A stretch of DNA of 64,000 nt, taken from Ascoidea asiatica JCM 7603. Its lineage: Eukaryota > Fungi > Ascomycota. The stretch lies in NCBI GenBank assembly GCA_001600695.1, contig BCKQ01000014.1:120989-184988 (forward strand), given 5' to 3'. Under the pieces are notes generated by a model that saw only the letters and a program-made list of their open reading frames with translations, was not told the origin of the DNA and searched no databases. A program made the translations under genes and the position numbers. This document shows positions 23,389 to 34,900 of the stretch, one piece after another (the first letter of the stretch is position 1; the number at the start of each line of letters is the position of its first letter).

Positions 23389-25149
23389 TTATGAAGAAGG
23401 CGGTGGAGGAGGAGGTGGCGGAGAGGGAGGACCAGGAGGAGGAGGAGCAGCACCTGTTGAAGGACTGACTTCTAAGAAATTGAAGTCAATGTCCGAAAAT
23501 GATGGAGGTGGTGGTGGTGGAGCTAAAGAAGAATCACTTTCAATTCCAACAACCATTGAAGGTGGTGGTGGAGGTGGCATTGAAGGAAATTCTGAGCTTG
23601 TTGTTAATGGGAGAGGTAAAGATGAAGATACTGGAGGAGCTGGTGGTTGTGGTAATTTACTTGATATTGGAGTTAAAGGAAGTGATGAAGGTGTTTTAAA
23701 ATTTGAATTCGAATAATTATTGAAATTATTTACTCCATTGGATTTATAAGGTCCTGAATATTCTGAATTTCTTTGATAATTATTCCTCTGGCGATTTTGA
23801 TAACGATCTTCTTGTTGATATTGATTATTATTATTATTACCAAATTGATTACCATATTGATTTTGATTACCATACTGTTTTTGATTATTGTATTGATTTT
23901 GATTACTATATTGATTTTGATTTCCAAATTGAGTACCATTACTATTACCATTATTATTGTTATAAGAAATATTTCTTCTTTTAAGTGCAGGTTCTCCATT
24001 TTCTTCACTTTTAGAATATGAGTTATATGCAAGTGTACCATTTTTTATTACTCCGTTATTAATTCCATTAATGCTACTATTATTACTATTATTATTAATA
24101 CTATTATTTATATTGTTATTATCTATTTTGAAATTAGAATTAGAATTAGGTAATTCACCATTTATATCATTCATCATTTTTTCAAATTCTAAATCTGCAT
24201 CAGATTTAGAGTTTTTCAATAAATCTGGATTATTCTTAAATTTACAATCTTTTGAAAGATGACCTTTATTATTACAAATTGAACAAATTATTAAATTAAT
24301 TACATTTTTAGTATTTGGACAATCATATCTTCTATGACCTAATTCACCACAATTTACACAAGGTCTATTTTCAGGTTCTCTTAAAGTACCATTTAAAGCT
24401 GCTAATTCTCTTAATTGACCTCTTTTTAAATCATTTTGACCTTCTGGAGTTGAAATTGCTTTATTTATTATATCTTGACATAATTCAATTGCTTTTTGTA
24501 ATTTAGCATTAGAATCTGCAGTTATTAAAACATGTAATTCTTCTTCTAAATTATTTTTTCTTTCACTTATTGAAGATCTATTTTTACCTTCTTTAACAGA
24601 ACCTTTACCTCTAATTGCAATTTTTGCACCAGAAATTGCTTGATTTTTTTTTGATGTATTACCTCTTGGACCTAATAATAAACCAATAAAATTTATTGAA
24701 TAAGTTTTTGGTATAAATATTTTTTTTATAAATATTGTCTTTTTTTTATAATCAATTGGTGGTATAAATCCAGGAATTGAAATTAGAGCAAATTCAATCA
24801 ATGAAGCTCTTTCATTTTCTAGTTTTTTTCTATATCTATATTCTCTTGTATTTGTTCTTCTTCCACTTGAATCATATTGTGGAGGAGGAGATGGACTTCT
24901 TGAAGGTGGAGGATGTAATTGAAAAAGAGAACATTTTAATTTTTGAGTTATTTCTTCAATTCTAAATATAGTTTGATAAGCTTCTAATTGTTCTACAGTA
25001 AGAGCACTAAAAATTTCAGTTGGTAAACCAATGTTTTTTAAAAGTGAATTATTTCTTGGAGTTGTCCATTTTTCTTCTGATCTTATTTGCTTCTCAGAAG
25101 ATCTACCTCTGAAGTTATTGTTATTAGTTTGAAAATTAGATGTATCCAT
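23389..25149 (-). CDS. MSL5: Branch-point binding protein BBP/SF1
   Basis: RSPSPPPQYD, KH-QUA2 domain (NFIGLLLGPRGN, KIAIRGKGSVKEG), two CCHC knuckles and a Pro-rich tail. Start set at the first ATG (25149); the tracked start at 25206 is TTG. Confidence 0.95.
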   Translation of the reverse strand: MDTSNFQTNNNNFRGRSSEKQIRSEEKWTTPRNNSLLKNIGLPTEIFSALTVEQLEAYQTIFRIEEITQKLKCSLFQLHPPPSRSPSPPPQYDSSGRRTNTREYRYRKKLENERASLIEFALISIPGFIPPIDYKKKTIFIKKIFIPKTYSINFIGLLLGPRGNTSKKNQAISGAKIAIRGKGSVKEGKNRSSISERKNNLEEELHVLITADSNAKLQKAIELCQDIINKAISTPEGQNDLKRGQLRELAALNGTLREPENRPCVNCGELGHRRYDCPNTKNVINLIICSICNNKGHLSKDCKFKNNPDLLKNSKSDADLEFEKMMNDINGELPNSNSNFKIDNNNINNSINNNSNNSSINGINNGVIKNGTLAYNSYSKSEENGEPALKRRNISYNNNNGNSNGTQFGNQNQYSNQNQYNNQKQYGNQNQYGNQFGNNNNNQYQQEDRYQNRQRNNYQRNSEYSGPYKSNGVNNFNNYSNSNFKTPSSLPLTPISSKLPQPPAPPVSSSLPLPLTTSSEFPSMPPPPPPSMVVGIESDSSLAPPPPPPSFSDIDFNFLEVSPSTGAAPPPPGPPSPPPPPPPPSS

Positions 25150-25652
25150 TAATATATTAATTTTGACTGTTTCACGTAAGTTGAAGTTTATGCTTGAAAT
25201 CAGCAAAAGAAGATGAGTAAGAAGAAGAAGAAGAAAAAGAAGAAGATCAAATTCACCTCAGTTATTTTTGTATTTTTTCTTTGTTTTTATTTTTTTTTCG
25301 TTTTCGATGCGGTTCGGAGGTTTTTCACGGAAAACGGTATTGGATTCCGTTATACAACCGGGGTGGAGACCAGAAACACGGAGCCGCTGCAGTTTGAAAA
25401 AAGTAAAAAATTTATCATGACAAAAAAGCGGTTTTTTGGTTGCTTTGAAAGTTAAAAAATCAAATCTTTTTCGGGAAAGTTTTAAATTTTTGAAATAATC
25501 AAGAAATATTACTGTAGAAGTAATAATTGATTAGGTTAAAAGCTGTCAATGAATATCAGATTCATCTTCGTGAATTTTAATAATATATTGAAATAATTTA
25601 AAAGTTATTATTTGAAGTGTAGCGTATAATAGTAATAATAATAATAATAATA

Positions 25653-27560
25653 ATGACCACAAAACTGAGGTTAAGCTTTAGTGGAAATACAGATAAGATA
25701 TCTAATGATATAATTTCACAAATTGATTTGAAAAGTCTTAAAGAGACAAATTATAATAATGATGATTTAAATGATGATTTAAATGATGAATTCAATGAAG
25801 ATTTGAATGATGAATTTGATAATGATAGTGATTTTGGAATGAAACCTGTTAAAGGATTTGTTAAAAGAATACAAAAGACTAAAAAAAATAATGATAGTAA
25901 AAAAAGAAAAGCTGAAGAGGATATTGAAGGTCAATTAGATGGATCTGTGAAAAAAAAACATAAACACAAGCACAAGCATAAGCATGATCACGATCATAAA
26001 CATAAGCACAAGAATAAACATAAACATAAACACAAGCATAAGCATAAACATAAACATAAAAATGAACATGAATCCGAAGAAAAAGATAAAGATAAAGATA
26101 AAGATAAAGATAAAGATAAAGAGAATGATATAGAAAAAGAAAATAATTTAGATATTGATAAAGTGAATGATATAAACAAGATAAGTGATATTGATAAAGA
26201 GAATAATATAAATAAGAAAAGTAATAATGATAAAGAAAATAATTTAAATAATGTTATTAAGAAGAATAAAGAAAAGGATCAAATAATAAAAGTAAAAATA
26301 ACAGATTTAAAAGGAATAAAAAAAAATAAAATATTAAAAATTAAAGTAATAGAAAATGAAAATAATTATAAAGATTTAAATTTTGAAAAAGAAAGTAGTA
26401 TAGATCTTAGAAAAAAAGAATTACCAATACCTAAACAATGTTCAGAATTTCCATATAAATTTAATTTAGGTCAACCATGGTGGCAAGATAATGAAAAATC
26501 AATTGATGGACTTTCATATAAGAATATTAATGAATTAATAACTGGATTAATGATTGAATTTGAAAATGAAAATGAAAATGAAAATGGGAATGGGAATGAT
26601 GATATTGACAATGATAATAGAAATGAAAATGAAAATATAATTAAAAAAAAGACAGGAAAAAAAAAAGAAGAAAGAATGAATTATTCAATTGATGAAGAAG
26701 AAATAATAATTTTATTTATTGATAATTATGTTAAAATGAATGAATTAAAAGAAGAAGATATTCAAGAAGCAATTTGGTCATTAAAAAGATTAGAAAATTT
26801 ATGGAATGGATTAGCAAAATTATTACCAAATCGTAAAAGAAATAGTATTATAAATCATGTACGTTTAATGTATTTAAAATGTCGTACAGGAAAATTTTCA
26901 GAAGAAGAAGATAAAATTTTAATTGAATTAATTAAAATTTATGGATTTAAATGGAAACAATTTGGAATGGTTTTAAATAGATTACCAGATTCATTATTTA
27001 GTAGATGGAGAGATGGATTAAAAATTCGAGATACATTTCAAGAAGGTAGATGGAATAAAGAACTTGAACAACTTTTAAGAGTTGTTGTTAAAGATAATTA
27101 TTTTAGAGATTCATCATGGGAACCAAGAATTGAATGGAATAAAGTTACAGAAGAATTTGGTGGTATTAAATCAAGAAGATTTTTTATTAGAAAATGGAAT
27201 TCAATGATTTCAAGAGATATTGAATATTTAAAAAAAAAAATTGAAAAAAATATAAATTTGAAAAAAATTGAAAAAATTGAAATTTGGATTATAATGAAAA
27301 TTAAAGAATATAATTTTGAAGATCAAATTAATTGGGATTTTTTAGTTAAAGATTATGGAGATAAAAAAGTTAATATAAAAGTTTTAAAAAATATTTTAGA
27401 AATTTTTAAATTAGAACATAAAATTATGGAAAAAGATTTAAAAACATTATTGATAACTTTAGATTCATTACTTTTAAATGATGAATATGTAAAAATAGCG
27501 TCAGAAATTATCAAAGAAGGTCTAGTTAAAAATGGAGAAGACTATGAATGTTTTCTATGA
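25653..27560 (+). CDS. Reb1/Nsi1-like Myb-domain DNA-binding protein
   Basis: LWNGLAKLLPNRKRNSIINHVR followed by Myb repeats GKFSEEEDKIL..KWKQFG..RLPDSLFSRWRD and GRWNKELEQLL..IEWNKV. Confidence 0.7.
   Translation: MTTKLRLSFSGNTDKISNDIISQIDLKSLKETNYNNDDLNDDLNDEFNEDLNDEFDNDSDFGMKPVKGFVKRIQKTKKNNDSKKRKAEEDIEGQLDGSVKKKHKHKHKHKHDHDHKHKHKNKHKHKHKHKHKHKHKNEHESEEKDKDKDKDKDKDKENDIEKENNLDIDKVNDINKISDIDKENNINKKSNNDKENNLNNVIKKNKEKDQIIKVKITDLKGIKKNKILKIKVIENENNYKDLNFEKESSIDLRKKELPIPKQCSEFPYKFNLGQPWWQDNEKSIDGLSYKNINELITGLMIEFENENENENGNGNDDIDNDNRNENENIIKKKTGKKKEERMNYSIDEEEIIILFIDNYVKMNELKEEDIQEAIWSLKRLENLWNGLAKLLPNRKRNSIINHVRLMYLKCRTGKFSEEEDKILIELIKIYGFKWKQFGMVLNRLPDSLFSRWRDGLKIRDTFQEGRWNKELEQLLRVVVKDNYFRDSSWEPRIEWNKVTEEFGGIKSRRFFIRKWNSMISRDIEYLKKKIEKNINLKKIEKIEIWIIMKIKEYNFEDQINWDFLVKDYGDKKVNIKVLKNILEIFKLEHKIMEKDLKTLLITLDSLLLNDEYVKIASEIIKEGLVKNGEDYECFL
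25956..26120 (+). repeat. Coding hexamer repeats giving (KH)n then (KD)n
   Basis: AAACAT/AAGCAC-type units followed by (AAAGAT)n. Confidence 0.9.
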
Positions 27561-27875
27561 GAATTTTAACATATTGTATAAATTATTAATAAAATAAAAT
27601 GAAATTAAGAATAAAATTAAGAATAAAATTAAGAATAAAAATAGAATTAAGATTAAGAATACGAAGTTCACACATTCTTCAAAGCATTGTTTGGTCGTGG
27701 TCTGAGCAGTAACGCCACTTTCCGTGCCACTTTATCCCAATTAAAACACAAATGGCTATGTAATTAGGAACGAGGTGTACGAAACCACCGCCACCGACAA
27801 CACCGCCTCTTCTGCTCTTCTGTGGCAGTGCCGGCGGCAAGCAAACCATCCTCGCCATCCTCGCCATCCTCCACT

Positions 27876-27906
27876 TTTGCCACCTCTGCCACCTTCTTTT
27901 GCCACC
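27876..27906. promoter_or_regulatory. Tandem PACE (Rpn4-type) elements
   Basis: TTTGCCACC at 27876-27884 and 27898-27906, with TCTGCCACC between them. Confidence 0.45.
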
Positions 27907-28407
27907 GTTTTCCTCCTTCTCAGCTGCGACTCAGAAAAACGATCCTTTCGTTGCTGTTGCTGTTGTTGTTTCTTCTTCTTCTTCTTCTTCTTCTTCTTCT
28001 TCTCCTTCTCCTGCTTGCAATATCACCAGAATCACCTTCTTCTCATAGTTAACACCCCTTCATTTGAACTTACATTGTCTTAGTCTCTCTTTAATATACA
28101 AATATTCCAATATTCAACTATTGTTTCAGTCATGTTATGAGCATAAATTCAAATTCCCTCTTATATTTTAATGTAATATGAAATATTAAATATTACAATA
28201 AACATTATATTCTCTTCTATATCCATTCATTAAATGAATTATTGATTATGAATATGAATAAATGAATTAATGAATTCATCTTTTATTAACTAGATTAATG
28301 TCCTTTACTTTACTTTACTTAATTTAATTATTTCATCTTAATACTGGAGTAGTATATAATATATTATATTTTATTCAATTTCTAAATCATTTTTTCAATC
28401 TTTCATT

Positions 28408-28408
<1 letters not shown>

Positions 28409-28452
<44 letters not shown>
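28409..28452. repeat. (CAAT)11 microsatellite
   Basis: Perfect tetranucleotide array upstream of the Zn-cluster gene. Confidence 0.95.
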
Positions 28453-28566
28453 GTATTATAAATTCTAATAATCCATTCATTCATATTCAATTAATATATT
28501 TAATATAAGATTAATATTAATATATTTTATATTCAATTAATATATTATTAATCTTTTAATTTAAAT

Positions 28567-29835
28567 ATGTCTAATAATGATGAAAATAATAAAAAAAAAA
28601 ATTTTAAAGTAAATTTTAAAGAAAATTTAAAAGAAAATTTTAAAGAAATTTCAAAAGAAAATCTGAAAGATCTTCAAAAAATAAGTAAAAAAAGAAGAAG
28701 AGCTTGTGATAGATGTCATGCAATTAAACAAGTTTGTAGTGGTAATTCAATACCTTGTGATAGATGTAAAAGAATGAATTTACCTTGTACTTTTAATAGA
28801 CCAATAAAAAAATTAGGTAGACCAAGATTATCAACAAATAATTCTTTTAATAACATTAATAATAATATAAGTAATTTAAATTGTAATTGTAATCAATTCA
28901 ATAACATTAATAACAATATTAATAATAATATTAATAATAATAATTTAATAGTTAAACCAATTTTAAATAATCAATCAAAATTAAAAAAAAAAAAAATTAA
29001 ATCTCTGTTAGAAATTTCAAATATTTCTCCATTTCAAAAAATTCAATCTTTTACTGATAATGAACATAAATTAAATCAAAATTTTAAAAATGATTTAATT
29101 AATTTAAATAATTTAAATAATATCTCAGATTTATCAAATATTACAAAACTTGAAGATATTCCTGATATTCAAAATATTCCTGATATTCAAAATATTCCTG
29201 ATATTCAAGACATTCAAAATATTCAAAATATTCAAGATATTCAAGATATTCAAGAAATACAGGATATTAATCAAATTAATGATATTTCAGATATTCAAAA
29301 TATTCAAAATATTCCATATCCTCCATTACCAACTTTATCAAATTATGAATATTTACCAATAAATCATACTGATTCTGTATCTTCTAAATCTTCTTTTTCA
29401 AATACTTCTTCTTCAATTGATTTATTAAATTCTTTTATTGATCCTTTTCAACCTCAATCTTTTACTTTACAATCTATTTTAAATCAAAATCAAAATCAAA
29501 ATAATTCTTCATTATCTCCTTTATCTTCTTCATCTATTTCAAATAATTCTAATAATTCAAATAATTCAAATATTTCAAATAACTCTAATAATTCTAATAA
29601 TTCAAGTATTACAAGTTCTTTACCATTATCTTCTAATAATGATACTTTAATAGATTCTTCAATATTATCTTCTTCACTCTTTATTTCAAATGATGATACT
29701 AATATCAACATCGATAACAATAATAATGCCAATACTAATAGTAATATTAACTTCAGTTTCAATAATATGAATATAAGTAGCTCTAATTCAAATTATGATA
29801 ATTTAAATCAAAATGATAATATTAATAGTATGTTC

Positions 29836-29921
<86 letters not shown>

Positions 29922-31266
29922 AATCATAATTGATAATATTAATAACAATAATTTAAATCCAAATCAAATTCAATCAAAAAAACAAATACAAAGACAAAAT
30001 ACCTTTAATCTAATAAATGATATAACTTATAATACTAATTTAAGTTTTGATAATAATTTAATTATTAAAAACAATTTCACTCACAAAGAAAGATTTTTTT
30101 TAAATTATTTTATATCTGATGTTTCTTCTTCAATATTTTCTGATTCTTCTACAACAAATTTTTTCATGAATACTGTAATTCCATTAGCTGTAAATGATAA
30201 TAAAATAAAATATCCTATTTTAGCTATTGCATCTTCATATTTAGCTAGTATTGATCCTCATAAATTTCATAGAGATTCTGTTTTATTCAAATCTTATTCT
30301 CAAGCTGCTTTAGTTAATCCAACTTCAAAAACTGATTTTTATTTTTCAAATGAAGTTTTATTATCAATACTTTTATTAATTTTAATGGAAATTTTAAATG
30401 GTTCCTCATTATATTGGTCTGCACTCTTGGAAAAAACCTTTTTGATAATTCAAGCAAGAGGTGGTATTAAAAAGTTATTAGGTTCTAACTCAAAGGATTA
30501 TTCACCTCTATTAATACAACTTTTTTGTTATATGGATTTAATATCTTCATTAAGTACTTGTCATTCACCATATGTTGAAAAAACAAGTTCTAGTGATGCT
30601 TCAAAAACAACTTATAAGATTCCTTTTGATCCTCTGATATTTCAAAATCATTCTGAAATTCAAAATATTTTGAACTCAAAATTTGGTTTTAAGTTTGGTA
30701 TAGCAGGAGAAATATTTCAATTATTAGGAAATATTTCAACTCTTGCTTCATTGAGGAAATATCGTCATTTATCTGTTGAAAATGAACAGAATTTTTTGAA
30801 ATTGGCTCAAGTTATTGAAACTAGATTAAATAATTGGACTTTACCAAGTTCAATGAATTTCTTAAACTATGATGATGTTTATAAATCTGAATATGCTGTT
30901 TCTCTTCAATGGGCTGCTTTCATTAGATTACATCAAGTTGTCAGTGGTTATAATAGAAATGACGCAAAAATTAAAACATGCTTGCTGACAATATTAAGAG
31001 CAGTAAGTTCTATTCCAGAGGGTTCAGATCTTGAAACTGGTTTATTATTTCCATTAATAATGGCAGGCTCTGTAGCGATTAATCAAAATGATAGAGATTT
31101 CATTATTACAAGACTACGGAATATTAAAAAAAAATTGAAGTTTCCTTATGTGAAACAATTTGAAGAATTATTATTAAATGTATGGAGTAAAGATTATAAT
31201 GAGGCTAATGATGTTAATTGGGCTTCAATAAGGTATTATGAATTTCCAGGTCTAGTAATGTTTTAA
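28567..31266 (+). CDS. Zn(II)2Cys6 transcription factor with C-terminal fungal-specific TF domain
   Basis: RRACDRCHAIKQVCSGNSIPCDRCKRMNLPCTF cluster; C-terminal ILAIASSYL, LFCYMDLISSLS, LLFPLIMAG. Confidence 0.9.
29155..29315 (+). repeat. Coding 9/18-bp minisatellite (DIQ/NIQ/NIP)n
   Basis: Tandem GATATTCAA, AATATTCAA and AATATTCCT units. Confidence 0.9.
29836..29919 (+). repeat. (AAT)28 poly-Asn tract
   Basis: Perfect trinucleotide run in frame. Confidence 0.95.
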
Positions 31267-31991
31267 AAGTAAAATTACATGTGAATTAAAAGTCAGCCCC
31301 TTTTATTTTCAGCTTTGAATGATATTCTTTAATTGCATTTAGTGAGATTTGTAAGCAATTCCTCATTTATGTTCAATTAAGAGAATGAACATTTTTATGC
31401 ATCTAGAAAAAGAGGGATTAGAAACTTTTGTATTACATAGAACTTTTTTGTATCTTAACGTTCTTTTTTGCAATTATTTTTGTCAGCAGCAGCTTTTTTT
31501 TGTTAAAACACTTGCGGTGTTCGAGATGTATACTCTCAAGAATAAATAATTTAGCTTTTAATGTTGGCCCAGCTAGTAAGAGCAACATTATAGTAATTTA
31601 ACTGAAATATTTGTTCTAAAAAGTATTTATTATAATTTTATGATAGAAATATAAGAAACCTCAAAGTGAGATTCAGAGTTGAAAGAAAGTTACAATCTTG
31701 AGGTTAAATTTTTTTACAAGACCAAGAAAAAGTTTTTTGAGCCGAAAACAATAGACTGATTTAAATTATAAAAGAATACAATCGCAAACAAGAAAACAAG
31801 GTAATTGTTGAAATCATTTTGTCAATTTGAAAATAGGGAAAGTTATTATACAGATATACATTAGACTGATTTCTTAGAAACAGAAACAAAAACAATAAAT
31901 ATAATGAAGCAGTAATGAATAACGAAAAAAAGGAAGAAAAAATAGTAAAGAAATCAATAATAAACATAACGATTGTAGTTTATCATTTAAT

Positions 31992-34900
31992 TTATGCAGC
32001 AAGCTGAGCAGCTTTGATATGATTCATAAAAGTAGTGAAAGTTCTTTCGACCTCTGGAATTGATTTGGTAAAAGTTAACTCATTGAATCCATAGTCATTA
32101 TTTTTTAACAATTCACTGAAAACAACAACAAGACCCCATGGTTGAGGTTTGTAAGTAACCATTCTTTCTAATAAGACTCTTAAAATCAATTGTTGAATAT
32201 CCTGCTTTTTACTTCCCCATGAATTACTCTTAAAAAAATGTAAAATTAAATGAGTAAACCACAAAGTTTGGGCATTTGGATATCTTAAGTTATTAACAAT
32301 AGCAGAGATAAGATGATATTGAACTTCGGAAGAATTACTTTCACTAATCATATTAGATAACAAAGTAACATGAGATGATTTTGAGTTGTAAAATGGCTCA
32401 ATATTAAGACGATCTTCAATTTCATTAATACCAACATATAGAACAATAGCATTAATCAATTTAACATCAACATTAGTTTGAGTGAAACCAATACCTGAAT
32501 CTTTTTTTGTTGTAGATATTTTGATACTGCTTAAAATATTTTTTAGTAAAGGACTGAATGGAACTCTTAAATAATTGTCAATAGGTTTTTTCAAGCTTAT
32601 TTTTAACAAATCATTACCTGGATTTATAGCAATTAATGGAATTTCCTTTATTCCATCAATTTTTTCTATACCTTTCAAGGTTACTCCAAATGGATCAGGA
32701 ACAGACTTTGTTTCACTAGAAGGCATAGCTGATAACACAATATTTCTTAACTGTAAGAAGCTTGGTGGAATGGAATAACAAAGAGGATAGTGATATTCAA
32801 CTAAAAACTCTGGATAATCATGAAGTAAAACGATAAATATTTGAACAAGTCCTCTATAACTTGTTACAATATCCTCAGGAATATCCTTTCCTTTAATATG
32901 AGTAGATTGAAATCTCAAAAGAGACATAAACAAAGTAATGAGCTTTTTCCAGCTTTTTTTATCTGGAAATTCAAGCATAACAGGCAAGAATAATCGATGA
33001 GAGATTAAAGAAATCCAAGCAAACATAAAAGCAGGAAACATTAGTGGTTGAAATGAATTGAAGACATCGGCCAAATATAAATATATAGAAAAATCTAAAG
33101 CAATAAAATCTTTCCTTTCTTTTTCTTCGACAATATCTTCAAAAGTTACTCTAATGTCACTCCATTCACTCAAAATAGCAGAAAAGAGCCTGAAATATGG
33201 TCTTTCATTGAATGTAGTTGGATTGTTTTCATGATCGTAAGCAAATTCAAGAGAAATAATTGTCACAACTTGTTTGAAAAATTGCATTCTTCTGTCATTT
33301 TTTGAATCTTGCAAAATTACTGTTTTAATTATCAACTTTGCTAATGAATCTGTAACTGTAAATACATCATTAGTAACCCTATCTTTATTATTGATTTCAG
33401 TATCTCTCAAGAATGAAGATACAGAATATTCAATAGCTGATCTGAAAAATGAGGTTAAATAGTCAGCTTTGCTGAAAACATTTTTTTCAAATAATTGATA
33501 GATGAAAGCATGTAAAAGATCATCTTTCACATTAGGGTGCTGAGAGAGTCTAACCCACTCTGCAAATACATATCTCATTTGTTCTTTTAAAGTAATTTTA
33601 GAATCAGAAGATAATACGGGACCAGTAGCTGATTTCAAATCATTCATCAACAATACAGCTGCTTGATTTTTAACATCCGAATTCTCCAAGACCTTTCGAA
33701 TGGCATCAATACTTGAAGCAAAATCTGAACGTAAAGATACTGGATTTGTTGAAAGTACAATATTCTCTACTAAGCTACTTGCAAAAGTGATCCCCTCAGC
33801 ATCATTAGATTCAACCAAAGTAGTTAAAGAAGAATCAAGTTCTGCTGGAGAAATAATTCCAATCTTTAATAAACTTGTCATGACCTTTGGATTAAGTTTG
33901 CGTATATCATCGTTATGAAGAAGCCACCAATTTATATCTTTGGCAGTTGTGGGTGATAATTCACAAAGTTGAGAAAGAATAAAAAATAGAACCTCACAGC
34001 AAAAAACACTTTCAAATTTAGAAAAAATGCATTTAATGATATATTCAGCAATTTTTGTATGGATTTGCTCACTGTTGATTCTTATAGTTGCACACATTGC
34101 TAGAATTTCATTTGCCTTTAACTTCATTATGTGATCTGAAGGTAATTCCAAAAATTTAGTTTGTGACTTCATATCTTTCAAACTGTTTACTAAAACATCA
34201 ATGGTTTTACATAATGAAGAAACCACATTTGCAGCAGAATTTGCTTCTGTTTGAGGAGCTAATTCTTGTGCTTGGGGTACCGGAGTACTTGTTACATTTT
34301 GAGGATTGTTATTAGGGACGTACGCATCAAAAATTGGAACACCATTTACAATCTTCTTTATCACTTGTGGAGAATTTTGAATAGGGACATTAGATTTTAG
34401 CATTTGTGGAGTCATTGACATCTGAGTTTGCTGACGTTGGGCTGAATGAACCAAACGGCCTTTACCGAAATTTTGATATACAGAAAGCTGCTGCTCTGTA
34501 AGGCCTCCAATCTTTAATCCTAGTGGTGAAGGTAAGTCAAGGGCATATTGAGAAGCATTCTGAGAGAAAAAAGGTTGATTTTGCATTTCGGCTTTGTACT
34601 GGCGACGTAATAATACTTGAGAGACTAATCTGTGTTCAACTTCATGAGAGGCCTTAAATACAGCAGCATTTTGAACAATCTCCAAAATTCCATCTATATT
34701 ATCGCCGACAGCAATATTTAATTGAGATTCATGCTCGGAATAAGAATTTCCTAACAAATTCATTGCAAGAGCATTCATTTTTTCAATAATAGCATCTCTA
34801 CATGTAGTATGAGTGAATTCGTAAGTAACAGATCTTACATGGTTTCTAGCAGCAACAATTAACTTATTATCATCAGGTTCTAAGGCAAAATCCTTTTCTA

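Noticed and set aside
25308-25390. Possible folded ncRNA (GCGGTTC...GAGCCGC, AACGG...CCGTT)
   Set aside because: Short stems in a small divergent promoter with no match to an RNA family I recognise.
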